Assembly: GCA_964614205.1 (NCBI GenBank)
Contig: CAZTKF010000007.1
Location: 153-64,152, forward strand
DNA length: 64,000 bases
From: an uncultured Loktanella sp.
GTDB taxonomy: Bacteria; Pseudomonadota; Alphaproteobacteria; Rhodobacterales; Rhodobacteraceae
Reading direction: 5' to 3'
The position numbers and the translations under genes were made by a program. The notes below the pieces were generated by a model that saw only the letters and a list, made by a program, of their open reading frames with translations, searched no databases and was not told where the DNA came from. The first letter of the stretch is position 1, and the number at the start of each line of letters is the position of its first letter. Positions 9,028 to 18,448 of this stretch are shown in pieces.

Positions 9028-10542
9028 ATGCCGATACCAAAACCCGTTGTTCTGTGCATCCTCGACGGCTGGGGGCTGCGCGATGAGACTGAAGGCAACG
9101 CACCCAAGCAGGCGGATACCCCCAACTTCGATGCGATCATGAAAGGCCCACACGCACAGCTTGTCACCCATGGCCGCGATGCCGGATTGCCCGGTGGTCA
9201 GATGGGCAATTCCGAGGTCGGACATACCAACATCGGGGCCGGACGCGTTGTTGCGATGGATCTGGGGCAGATCGAGCTGGCCATCGAAGACGGAACGTTT
9301 TTCAAGGCAGAGGCGTTGACCAGGTTTATTCAAAAGATGAAGAAGAGCGGGGGTACCGCGCATCTGATGGGGGTTGTCTCGGATGGGGGTGTGCATGGTC
9401 ATATCGATCACATTATTGCCGCTGCCAAAGCGTTGACCGACGCCGGCGTACCTGTCGTTGTCCATGCGATCACCGATGGGCGGGATGTGGCACCGTCTTC
9501 TGCGAATGTCTTTATGAAGACGCTTCTGGATCAGCTGCCCGCACATGCGCGGGTCGCAACGGTGATTGGCCGCTACTTTGCGATGGACCGTGACAACCGC
9601 TGGGAACGTGTCGCGACAGCCTACAACGCAATGATAAATGGCGAAGGACACAAGGCCGAGACGCCGCAGGCCGGGATCAAGGCCGCCTATGACGATGGCC
9701 AGACAGACGAGTTTATTCCCGCCACCGTCATCGCAGGCTATGACGGTATGACCGCAGGAGACGGATTCTTTTGCCTGAATTTCCGTTCTGACCGCGCCCG
9801 CGAGATTCTGGCGGCGATCGCAGACCCCGAATTTGACGGTTTCGATCGTGTCCAGCCGGCTTTTGCAGCACTTTTGGGGATGGTCAGCTATTCCGACCGC
9901 CACGACCTTTGGTTCGATACAGTTTTCCCCAAGCGCGACATCAAGAATACTCTTGGTGCCTGGGTTGCCAAACACGGTCTGCGTCAGTTTCGGCTGGCCG
10001 AAACGGAAAAATACCCGCATGTGACGTTCTTTCTGAACGGTGGGGTCGAGACGCCGGAAGAGGGCGAGGATCGCTATATGGCGCCGTCGCCCAAAGTCGC
10101 GACCTACGACATGCAGCCCGAAATGTCGGCCGGTGAGGTCACAGAACATTTCGTCAGGGCAATTGAAGACGGATATGATCTGATTGTCACCAACTATGCC
10201 AACCCAGACATGGTGGGGCATACCGGCGATCTGGGGGCTGCGATCAAGGCTTGCGAAGCAGTCGATCAAGGGCTGGGGCAGGTCGTCGCGGCGCTCAGGA
10301 AAGCTGGCGGTGCGATGATCGTCACAGCAGACCACGGCAACTGCGAAACGATGATTGATCCCGAAACCGGTGGTCCGCATACAGCGCACACGTTGAACCC
10401 TGTTCCTGTGGCTCTGGTGGGCGGACCCGAAGGGGTTTCTTTGCGTGACGGCCGTCTGGCTGACCTGGCGCCGACGGTGTTGGCGTTGATGGGGTTGGAG
10501 CTGCCACCGGAAATGACGGGGCGGAGTTTGATCCAGAAATGA
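9028..10542 (+). CDS. gpmI: 2,3-bisphosphoglycerate-independent phosphoglycerate mutase
   Basis: 504 aa, with LCILDGWG, GNSEVGHTNIGAGR and ADHGN motifs. A GGGAGG SD is present. Confidence 0.95.
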   Translation: MPIPKPVVLCILDGWGLRDETEGNAPKQADTPNFDAIMKGPHAQLVTHGRDAGLPGGQMGNSEVGHTNIGAGRVVAMDLGQIELAIEDGTFFKAEALTRFIQKMKKSGGTAHLMGVVSDGGVHGHIDHIIAAAKALTDAGVPVVVHAITDGRDVAPSSANVFMKTLLDQLPAHARVATVIGRYFAMDRDNRWERVATAYNAMINGEGHKAETPQAGIKAAYDDGQTDEFIPATVIAGYDGMTAGDGFFCLNFRSDRAREILAAIADPEFDGFDRVQPAFAALLGMVSYSDRHDLWFDTVFPKRDIKNTLGAWVAKHGLRQFRLAETEKYPHVTFFLNGGVETPEEGEDRYMAPSPKVATYDMQPEMSAGEVTEHFVRAIEDGYDLIVTNYANPDMVGHTGDLGAAIKACEAVDQGLGQVVAALRKAGGAMIVTADHGNCETMIDPETGGPHTAHTLNPVPVALVGGPEGVSLRDGRLADLAPTVLALMGLELPPEMTGRSLIQK

Positions 10543-11612
10543 TCCGCCTTTGCGTCCTTCTTATTTGCATGGCGACTGGTTTATTTGCGCAGCAAACGGC
10601 GCAGGACGCGGTGTCGCAATTGCAGTCTGCCCAAGAGCAGCTTGCGGCGGCCGAAGATGCGCGTGACCGGATCGCGGCCCTGACCCGAACGGTGCGGGCC
10701 TATGAAGCAGGTTTGGCGGCTCTGCGACAGGAACAGCGTGAAATTGCCCTGCGCGAAGGGATCCTGTCAGAAGAGCTGGATCTGAGGACAGCTGAGTTCG
10801 CGCAGCTTCTTGGCGTGTTTTCAGCGATCGGCAGGACCCCGCAACCCGTTTTGCGCGCGCATCCTGACGGGCCATTGCATACGGTGCGTGCAGGTATGCT
10901 TGTGGCAGATGTCACACCTGGTCTTGAGGCCGAACTGGCCCGACTCAACGCGCTCTTGGCAGAAACACAGGCGGTGCGGATGACAAGAGAGGCGGCGGCA
11001 CAGACCCTGACAGACGGCTTGCAAGGGGCGCAGGCGGCACGGGCGGCCTTGGGGCAGGCTGTGTCGGAACGTACAGACTTGCCAACACGATTTGAAGATG
11101 ATCCGGTGCAAACCGCGCTTTTGCTGGCAAGCGCGGAAACACTGGCGGATTTTGCGGCAGACATCGCCGATGCCCGTCCAGACGGTGCGCAAACACTGAC
11201 ACCGCAGGGCAACCTGCCTTTGCCTGTCGCGGGGACACTTTTGCAGGGCGACGGTAGCGGTCGCACCGGCATCCGCATTGCTGCTGCGCCGCGCGCGCTG
11301 GTGACAGCACCTGCGCCGGCGACAATCCTGTTTCAGGGGCCATTGCTGGACTATGGCACTGTTGTGATTCTGGAGCCTGCAGTTGATGTCCTGTTCATCC
11401 TTGCCGGTTTTGCCGAGGTCTTCGGAGAGACAGGGCAAGTGCTGCCAGCAGGTGCGCCGATCGGCCTTTTGGGTGGTGCGGAGGGTCTAGATGACGGGAT
11501 TTTGACCGGAAATCCGGGCGATGCGGGTGTGCAAGCTGCGCAAGCCCTTTATCTTGAGGTGCGACAAGGGCAAACTCCCGTCGGAACCGAAACTTGGTTT
11601 GCGGTCGAGTAG
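10539..11612 (+). CDS. murein hydrolase activator EnvC-like protein (coiled coil + degenerate M23/LytM domain)
   Basis: Signal peptide, long Ala/Gln/Glu coiled coil, and a C-terminal LytM-like fold lacking the HxxxD/HxH metal ligands. The gpmI-envC-ctpA order is conserved. ATGA overlap with gpmI. Confidence 0.7.
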   Translation: MIRLCVLLICMATGLFAQQTAQDAVSQLQSAQEQLAAAEDARDRIAALTRTVRAYEAGLAALRQEQREIALREGILSEELDLRTAEFAQLLGVFSAIGRTPQPVLRAHPDGPLHTVRAGMLVADVTPGLEAELARLNALLAETQAVRMTREAAAQTLTDGLQGAQAARAALGQAVSERTDLPTRFEDDPVQTALLLASAETLADFAADIADARPDGAQTLTPQGNLPLPVAGTLLQGDGSGRTGIRIAAAPRALVTAPAPATILFQGPLLDYGTVVILEPAVDVLFILAGFAEVFGETGQVLPAGAPIGLLGGAEGLDDGILTGNPGDAGVQAAQALYLEVRQGQTPVGTETWFAVE

Positions 11613-11625
11613 GTAAGGAAACGTG

Positions 11626-12966
11626 ATGAAAAAGATGATCTTGGCCGCTGTCGGTGGCGCCTCCCTCGGGTTGGCTGTGACCTCTCAGATTGCCGGACCG
11701 GTCTTGGCTGAAGAAACGCGGTCCAACACCAGTGTTTACGAGCAACTTGATCTATTCGGCGATATTTTCGAGCGGATCCGGGCCAACTATGTCGAAGAGG
11801 TCGACGACCGCGAATTGATCGAAGCCGCGATCAATGGAATGCTCACCTCGCTTGATCCGCACTCCAGCTATCTTTCCCCAGAGGCCGCGCAGCGGATGCG
11901 GGTCAGCACATCTGGTGAATTTGGCGGTCTTGGCATTGAGGTCACGCAGGAAGAAGGCTGGGTCAAGGTTGTTTCGCCCATGGATGGGACCCCTGCAGAG
12001 GCCGCCGGCATTCAGGCCGGTGATTTCATTACCGCGGTTGATGGCGAAAGCGTATTGGGACTGACGCTGGACGAGGCGGTGCGCCTGATGCGCGGTCCGG
12101 TCGGGGCAGAAATCATCGTGACCATTGTCCGTGAAAGTGAACCAGAGCCGTTCGACGTCTCGATCATCCGCGATACGATCAAGTTGACGGCAGTCAGGAG
12201 CCGGACCGAAGGCAATGCCGTCGTTTTGCGGATTACGACCTTCAATGAACAGACCTTTCCGAACCTGCGCGAGGGGATAGAAAAGCAAGTCGAAGAGGCA
12301 GGCGGGTTCGAAAACATCGATGGCATCGTGCTGGACTTGCGCAACAACCCGGGCGGCCTTCTGAGCCAAGCGGTTTATGTCTCTGATGCCTTCCTTGATG
12401 CAGGTGAAATCGTATCAACACGAGGGCGGGAGCCTGCGGATGGTGATAGGTTCAATGCGACCCCCGGCGATCTGGCCGAAGGCAAACCGATTGTCGTGCT
12501 TATCAATGGTGGTTCTGCATCTGCGTCGGAAATCGTTGCAGGTGCCTTGCAGGATCACCGCCGTGCCATCGTGATCGGCACCAATTCCTTCGGCAAAGGA
12601 TCTGTGCAGACTGTTGTACCGCTGAGCCAAGATGGGGCGATGCGCCTGACAACGGCGCGCTATTACACGCCCTCCGGACGGTCGATTCAGGCCTTGGGCA
12701 TTTCCCCCGATATCATCGTCGAACAGCCATTGCCGCGCGAGGACAGTGGTGAAGAAGTCGAGGAACGCCGGCAGCGGTCCGAAGCGGGTCTGCGCGGGTC
12801 GCTGGAAAACGATAGCCTGACCGAGGATGAAATACGCCAGATTGAAGAAGATCGCGCGCGCGCCGAGGCAGCGGCAGCGCTGCGTGAAGATGATTATCAA
12901 TTGGCCTATGCAATTGATATTCTGAAAGGTTTGAATGCTTTGGGTCCCTTGGCGGGCAACGAATAG
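11626..12966 (+). CDS. ctpA: carboxy-terminal processing protease (S41 family, PDZ domain)
   Basis: PDZ GIQAGDFITAVDG, plus LDLRNNPGG and NGGSASASEIVAGALQD. ATG 11626 has better SD spacing than GTG 11623. Confidence 0.9.
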   Translation: MKKMILAAVGGASLGLAVTSQIAGPVLAEETRSNTSVYEQLDLFGDIFERIRANYVEEVDDRELIEAAINGMLTSLDPHSSYLSPEAAQRMRVSTSGEFGGLGIEVTQEEGWVKVVSPMDGTPAEAAGIQAGDFITAVDGESVLGLTLDEAVRLMRGPVGAEIIVTIVRESEPEPFDVSIIRDTIKLTAVRSRTEGNAVVLRITTFNEQTFPNLREGIEKQVEEAGGFENIDGIVLDLRNNPGGLLSQAVYVSDAFLDAGEIVSTRGREPADGDRFNATPGDLAEGKPIVVLINGGSASASEIVAGALQDHRRAIVIGTNSFGKGSVQTVVPLSQDGAMRLTTARYYTPSGRSIQALGISPDIIVEQPLPREDSGEEVEERRQRSEAGLRGSLENDSLTEDEIRQIEEDRARAEAAAALREDDYQLAYAIDILKGLNALGPLAGNE

Positions 12967-13068
12967 CACCGCGGCATTGGCCTTCACATCATTGTGCGTG
13001 ACAATCGGGACGCTTGTCCTATCTCCTTTTGCAGTGACCTGACTTGCATCACCAATAGGAGAGAAGAC

Positions 13069-13992
13069 ATGACCAAACTGACACGCCGCAATCTGCTTGC
13101 TGCCGGTACGGCGCTTCCATTTGCCGGGCTTGCTGCGGGCTCTGCCCAAGCGGCAGCGCCTATGAAAGGGGCTAGCTTTGCAACACACCGCCGATTCATG
13201 ATTGGCGACTTTGAGGTGACGACAATTCTGGGCGGTACGACCCCGCGAGAGAACCCGCAAGGGATTTTCGGGATGAATGTCTCTGAAGACGAATTCTCGT
13301 CTGTCAGCCGCGAAAACTTTCTGTCGACCGAAGCCTCTCAGTTCTTCTTTACGCCAACGCTTGTGAACACAGGCAGCGAAGTCGTGTTGTTCGACACCGG
13401 ATTAAATGCCGCCGCGACAGTGGGTGCGCTTGAAGGGGCTGGCTATAGTGCGGATCAGGTCGACATTGTTGTTTTGACCCACATGCACGGTGACCACATT
13501 GGCGGGCTGATGAATGACGGTGCGCCAACCTTTGCCAACGCCCGTTATGTCACGGGGCAGGCTGAGTTTGATCACTGGGCGGGTGCGGAAAACGAAGGCT
13601 TCGAAGCAAATGTGCGCCCGATGGCCGACAACACGACTTTCCTTGGTGACGGTCAGGATGTCGTCAGCGGCATCACCGGCATGGCGGCCTTTGGCCATAC
13701 ACCCGGTCACATGGTTTATCGTCTTGATAGTGCTGGCAAAGGTCTGGTGATCTTTGCAGACCTTGCCAACCACCCTGTCTGGTCTCTGGCCCGCCCTGAT
13801 TGGGAAGTCCGCTTTGATGCAGACAAAGAGGCCGCCGCCGCGTCACGTCGCAACGTTCTGGGTATGATCGCTGCCGACCGTGTGCCGGCGATTGGCTATC
13901 ACATGCCGTTCCCGGCTGTGGGCTATGTCGATACAGGCAGCGATGGTGCGGAATTCCGCTGGGTGCCCGAAGCCGGTCAGTTGATGGGCTAA
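13069..13992 (+). CDS. MBL-fold metallo-hydrolase, Tat-exported
   Basis: Twin-arginine signal MTKLTRRNLLAAGTALPFAGLAAGSAQA, THMHGDHIGG motif, AGGAGA SD. Confidence 0.8.
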   Translation: MTKLTRRNLLAAGTALPFAGLAAGSAQAAAPMKGASFATHRRFMIGDFEVTTILGGTTPRENPQGIFGMNVSEDEFSSVSRENFLSTEASQFFFTPTLVNTGSEVVLFDTGLNAAATVGALEGAGYSADQVDIVVLTHMHGDHIGGLMNDGAPTFANARYVTGQAEFDHWAGAENEGFEANVRPMADNTTFLGDGQDVVSGITGMAAFGHTPGHMVYRLDSAGKGLVIFADLANHPVWSLARPDWEVRFDADKEAAAASRRNVLGMIAADRVPAIGYHMPFPAVGYVDTGSDGAEFRWVPEAGQLMG

Positions 13993-14000
13993 CCCGCGCC

Positions 14001-14035
14001 GAACAAAAAGTCTGACCATGTCAAAATGGTCAGAC
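14001..14035 (-). terminator. intrinsic terminator of the dimethylglycine-dehydrogenase-like gene
   Basis: Perfect 10-bp stem GTCTGACCAT (14010-14019) / ATGGTCAGAC (14026-14035) with a 6-nt loop. On the minus strand it is followed by TTTTTGTTC. The stop codon sits inside the stem. Confidence 0.6.
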
Positions 14036-16474
14036 CTTCACCCGCGTGCTCTGGGGGTCATAAAACGGCTTGAGTTGTGCCTCTGCCTTCACCCGCGTGC
14101 CCATCACGTCGATTTCGAATGTGCTTGCCAGCAATTCGGCCACACTTTCACCTTTACAGGGCACATATCCCATGCCGATTGCCGCTCCGAGGTGGTGGCC
14201 ATAGCCACCCGACGACAGGTATCCTACAACCTCACCGTCCCGCAGCACCGGTTCGTTGTGATAGAGTAAAGGTTCTGGATCAGTCAGTTTGAATTGGACC
14301 AGTCGTTTTGCCAATCCGGCCTCGCGTTTGCGCAGCACGGCGTCGCGCCCGATGAAATCTGGTTTCTCGGTTTTCACCGCAAATCCCAGTCCGGCTTCAA
14401 GCACATGGTCTTCGGCGGTGATGTCATGGCCAAAGTGGCGGAACCCTTTCTCCATCCGCGCAGCATCCATCATATGCATCCCGCACAGTTTTAGCCCCAT
14501 CTCCTGACCGGCCTCGTGCAGGGTTTCGAACACATGGCACGCCATATCGGAAGAGATATAGACCTCCCAACCCAATTCACCGACGTAGGTCACACGGTGA
14601 ACACGCGCAAACCCCATGCCGAACTCGATCTCTTGCGCGGTGCCGAAGGGATTTGTGGCGTTCGAGAAGTCCGCGGGAGAAACCGCCTCTAGCAGTTTGC
14701 GGCTGTTGGGCCCCATCACGGCCAGCACGCCTTCGCCCGCGGTGACATCGGTGATGACGACATCAAAGTCACCCCGATGGCGCTGCATCCACGTCTGGTC
14801 TGCCAGACGCGTCGCGGCAGGGGTCACAACCAGATAAGCGGTCTCTGACAGGCGGGTGACCGTGACATCTGCCTCGATCCCTGCACGGGTGTTCAGAAAC
14901 TGTGTGTAGACGATCTTGCCAATAGACACGTCAAAGTCACCGTCAGCGATGTAGTTCAAGAAGGTTTGGGCATCGCGGCCTTCTACCCTGATCTTGCCGA
15001 AAGACGACATATCATACATGCCGACATTGGTGCGGATGGCGTCCAATTCGCGGGCCACATTGCCAAAGAAATTCTGCCGCTTCCATGAGTATTCATAGGC
15101 AGGGGTTTGCCCGTCATCCGCGAACCAGTTGGCGCGTTCCCACCCTGCGATCTCGCCCATGACGGCACCCTGATTCAGTAGGTGCTGATGAAACGGTGTG
15201 CGGCGCACACCGCGTGCGGTGGCCTTCTGGCGGAAAGGGAAGTGATCGGCATAAAGCAGCCCCAGCGTTTCCTTGGAGCGTTCGAACAGATAGGTCTTGT
15301 TGCCCTGAAACGGCTGCATCCGGCCAATATCCACGTCACCCAGATCAAACGGCTTTTCGCCTGCGTCCATCCACTGCGACAGGGCCATTCCCGCGCCACC
15401 GGCAGACTGGATGCCAATCGAGTTGAAACCGGCGGCGACCCAAACGTTTTCCATCTCCGGCGCAAGGCCGAGGTGGTAGGCATCGTCAGGGGTAAAGCTT
15501 TCGGGACCGTTGAAGAACGTGTGAATTCCCGCCTCGGCCAGCATCGGCATCCGTGAAACTGCCGCTTCGAGGATCGGCTCGAAATGGTCGAAGTCCTCGG
15601 GTAGCTGGTCAAACTCGAAGTCGTCAGGGATGCCTTGCATTGCCCATGGCTTGGCGTTCAGTTCAAACGCCCCGAGCAGCATCTTGCCCGCATCTTCCTT
15701 GTAATATGCGCATTCGTCCGGCACCCGCAGGACAGGCATTTGGGTCAAGCCTTCAATTGCCTCGGTCACGATATAGAAATGCTCGCAGGCATGGAGCGGT
15801 ACATTCACACCTGCCATGCGGCCAACCTCATGCCCCCACATGCCTGCACAATTCACAATCATGTCACAGGTCATGGTGCCGTGTTCGCCACCCTGCTTCC
15901 ACTCAACAGAGTGAACGCGGCGGCCCGTCCTGTTGATCTTGGTCACCTTGGTACGTTCCGCGACCACTGCGCCATTCATCCGCGCACCTTTGGCCAGCGC
16001 CAGCGCGATATTCGCCGGATCGCCCTGACCGTCCTTGGGCAGGTAGACACCTCCGGTGACGCCGTCGATGTTAAGATGCGCATACCGGCTTTTGATCTCG
16101 GCCGGCGAGATTTCTTCAATTTCGACACCAAATGCCCGCGCCATCCCTGCGGAGCGGGACAATTCTTCACGGCGTTCTTCGGTCAGGGCTACGGTGATCG
16201 AACCGACGCGCTTGAAACCCGTCGCCACGCCTGTTTCGTCCTCAAGGCTGCCGTAGAGTTCCTGTGAGTATTTTGCGAGTTTAGTCATATTCGCTGTCGC
16301 CCGCAGTTGCGCGATCAGCCCGGCTGCATGCCATGTCGTACCGGATGTCAGCTGTTTGCGTTCCAGCAAGACGACATCCTGCCAGCCTAGCTTGGCCAGA
16401 TGGTAGGCGACCGAGCAGCCGATAACGCCGCCACCAATGATGACGACACGCGCATGTGAAGGAAGCGTAGGCAT
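14030..16474 (-). CDS. FAD-dependent oxidoreductase fused to a GcvT-type folate-binding domain (dimethylglycine/sarcosine dehydrogenase family)
   Basis: Dinucleotide fold VVIIGGGVIGCSVAYHL, SGTTWHAAGL, and a C-terminal aminomethyltransferase-like domain; about 815 aa. ATG 16474 has an AGGAAA SD. Confidence 0.8.
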   Translation of the reverse strand: MPTLPSHARVVIIGGGVIGCSVAYHLAKLGWQDVVLLERKQLTSGTTWHAAGLIAQLRATANMTKLAKYSQELYGSLEDETGVATGFKRVGSITVALTEERREELSRSAGMARAFGVEIEEISPAEIKSRYAHLNIDGVTGGVYLPKDGQGDPANIALALAKGARMNGAVVAERTKVTKINRTGRRVHSVEWKQGGEHGTMTCDMIVNCAGMWGHEVGRMAGVNVPLHACEHFYIVTEAIEGLTQMPVLRVPDECAYYKEDAGKMLLGAFELNAKPWAMQGIPDDFEFDQLPEDFDHFEPILEAAVSRMPMLAEAGIHTFFNGPESFTPDDAYHLGLAPEMENVWVAAGFNSIGIQSAGGAGMALSQWMDAGEKPFDLGDVDIGRMQPFQGNKTYLFERSKETLGLLYADHFPFRQKATARGVRRTPFHQHLLNQGAVMGEIAGWERANWFADDGQTPAYEYSWKRQNFFGNVARELDAIRTNVGMYDMSSFGKIRVEGRDAQTFLNYIADGDFDVSIGKIVYTQFLNTRAGIEADVTVTRLSETAYLVVTPAATRLADQTWMQRHRGDFDVVITDVTAGEGVLAVMGPNSRKLLEAVSPADFSNATNPFGTAQEIEFGMGFARVHRVTYVGELGWEVYISSDMACHVFETLHEAGQEMGLKLCGMHMMDAARMEKGFRHFGHDITAEDHVLEAGLGFAVKTEKPDFIGRDAVLRKREAGLAKRLVQFKLTDPEPLLYHNEPVLRDGEVVGYLSSGGYGHHLGAAIGMGYVPCKGESVAELLASTFEIDVMGTRVKAEAQLKPFYDPQSTRVKV

Positions 16475-16567
16475 AGAGGGGTTTCCTGTCGTGTGTTGGT
16501 ATCCCAATTTGTGGCACCACAGCGCCTTACGCTATCACGCAAAAGCGTCACTATTGACGCATATTTG

Positions 16568-17512
16568 CTATTTGTGACGGCCTTTCTTGCGGGCAGCATT
16601 CGGCGTCATGCCAAAAGCACTGCGGTAGATCGTGGTAAATCCACTTGGAAAGCCGCAGGCCAGACCAATCTCATGGATTCGCATATCGGTATTCAAGAGC
16701 AGGTTGTTGGCCTTGTTCAGTCGCAGCCCCCGATAATAGCCATTGGGTGTCGCCTTCAGCAGGCGGTTGAACTTGCGCTCAAGCGAGCGCTTGGAAAGGT
16801 TGGTCCGCTGGGCAATCTCGCTGATATGCAGGGGGAACTCCATGTTGTCTTGCATCAAGGCAAGACATGCATCCAGTGCGGCGTCGCCGGTGGTCGTTAC
16901 CTCTTTTCCGGAGAACGGTTGAAGCGTGTTGAAGTGCCTGACCCGCTCGTGCAGCAGAATATCCGCGACTGTCGTCATTGTCGTTGCCGAGGCATGTTGT
17001 GTTGCAATTGACAGGGCTAGATCAAAGGTCGCCCCCATGCCGGCACAGGTGATGATGGACCCGCTTTCGACGGCCAGCGTCGCTTTGGTGTCAAAAAGGC
17101 CCAGACGCTCCATCAGGATCGTCCTGTTTTCCCAATGGGTCGTGTGACTGCCGGGATCACCATTAGTTTCAGCGATGTAGCGGGCAGCGGCCTCTGACAA
17201 GAGCACCACGCGCGCTTGGCGGCTGGTATAGTTAGCCAGCGCTTTGCCCAAGGACAAGTCAGGGCACGCGGGATCAGCATTGCCAAGCACGAACAGATAA
17301 TCCGCATCGGGGCGCGAAGGCAGGGGCGTTGTCTCGACCGTCACGGCACTGCTTGCCGAGACCGGCCCGCCGTGTCGTGACCTGACCTGCCATGCAAAGA
17401 GCGGGCTGCCGTTGATCCGGTTGGCCAGCCGGATCACTTCTACGACGCCTGCAAATTCAGTCAGGACAAAGCCCTCGGCAACGTAGATATCAAAGATGCA
17501 GGGCGCGCTCAT
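16568..17512 (-). CDS. GlxA-family transcriptional regulator (DJ-1/PfpI-like domain + AraC HTH)
   Basis: C-terminal AraC-type HTH (LSKRSLERKFNRLLKATPNGYYRGLRLNKANNLL...IGLACGF). ATGA overlap with the upstream methyltransferase. Confidence 0.8.
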   Translation of the reverse strand: MSAPCIFDIYVAEGFVLTEFAGVVEVIRLANRINGSPLFAWQVRSRHGGPVSASSAVTVETTPLPSRPDADYLFVLGNADPACPDLSLGKALANYTSRQARVVLLSEAAARYIAETNGDPGSHTTHWENRTILMERLGLFDTKATLAVESGSIITCAGMGATFDLALSIATQHASATTMTTVADILLHERVRHFNTLQPFSGKEVTTTGDAALDACLALMQDNMEFPLHISEIAQRTNLSKRSLERKFNRLLKATPNGYYRGLRLNKANNLLLNTDMRIHEIGLACGFPSGFTTIYRSAFGMTPNAARKKGRHK

Positions 17513-18387
17513 GGCGCAACGATTTGATGCCCGGCTGCCCGGATCTCGTCAGCGAGCGTGGCAATATGCATCGGACCTACTTCGCAGCAACCGCCCACAA
17601 TCGTCGCACCTTTTGCGATCCAGCCCATCGCGAACCGGGCGTATTCTTCGGGGCCAAGGTCCTTGCGGGCGGTTAATGCATCGACAGTTGGCTTGTCTGT
17701 CAGAAAACCGCTGCTGATTTTCGTGAAGCCATTCGCGTAGCCGCCAAAAGGTTTGCCAGACGTCGCCAGAACATCAATCGCGGCATCAATTGCTTCGGGC
17801 GATGAACAATTTGCCAAAATGGCGCTTGCGGCCTCTGCAACAGCAAACACTGCGGCGACAGGCTCGCCTGACCGCAGCTTTGTCCCGTCAGCATCATCAA
17901 CGGTCAGGGCCAGCCATACGGGTTTGCCAGTCGCAGCAGTGGCTTCAAGGATGGCACGGGCGTGTGCAACAGATGCAACGGTCTCGCAGATGATCAGATC
18001 AACCTTTGGTGCCAGTTGCTGCGCAACTTCGGAATATGTCGCAACGGCAATGTCATGGGCGGGCAGAAGATCGGGACGATAGGACGCGCCAAGCGGGCCG
18101 ATCGAACCTGCCAGCACACCAATACCTTCAGCTTCTTTGAGAGCTGCCGTGAAAAGTGCCTCAAACCGGTCTTCCATCCCGGTGCCGGCAAGACGGTCGC
18201 GCAGGATGGCATAGGTGTTTGTCGTATGGACCGTGGCACCTGCAGCAGCGTAGTCCGCATGGATCTCGGCCACCAGACCGGGGTGGTCGATCATCACTTG
18301 TGTCGACCAAAGCGGCGTGGGCCTGTCGCCAGCACGGCGTACCAGTTCCTGGCCCATGCCGCCGTCAAGAAGGATAATATCTGTCAC
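17509..18387 (-). CDS. homocysteine S-methyltransferase family protein (betaine-homocysteine methyltransferase-like)
   Basis: ILLDGGMGQEL N-terminus and a C-terminal GGCCEVGP zinc-site motif. GTG start. Confidence 0.8.
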   Translation of the reverse strand: MTDIILLDGGMGQELVRRAGDRPTPLWSTQVMIDHPGLVAEIHADYAAAGATVHTTNTYAILRDRLAGTGMEDRFEALFTAALKEAEGIGVLAGSIGPLGASYRPDLLPAHDIAVATYSEVAQQLAPKVDLIICETVASVAHARAILEATAATGKPVWLALTVDDADGTKLRSGEPVAAVFAVAEAASAILANCSSPEAIDAAIDVLATSGKPFGGYANGFTKISSGFLTDKPTVDALTARKDLGPEEYARFAMGWIAKGATIVGGCCEVGPMHIATLADEIRAAGHQIVAP

Positions 18388-18448
18388 CGATAGGGCGCTC
18401 CAAACTCAGCTATCCGGGCGACCGGCCTGACCCCAAGGGTGGCGTAGA

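Noticed and set aside
8995-10389. 464-aa minus-strand ORF antisense to gpmI
   Set aside because: gpmI on the + strand has unmistakable phosphoglycerate mutase motifs. The antisense product is Arg/Cys/His-rich with no motif.
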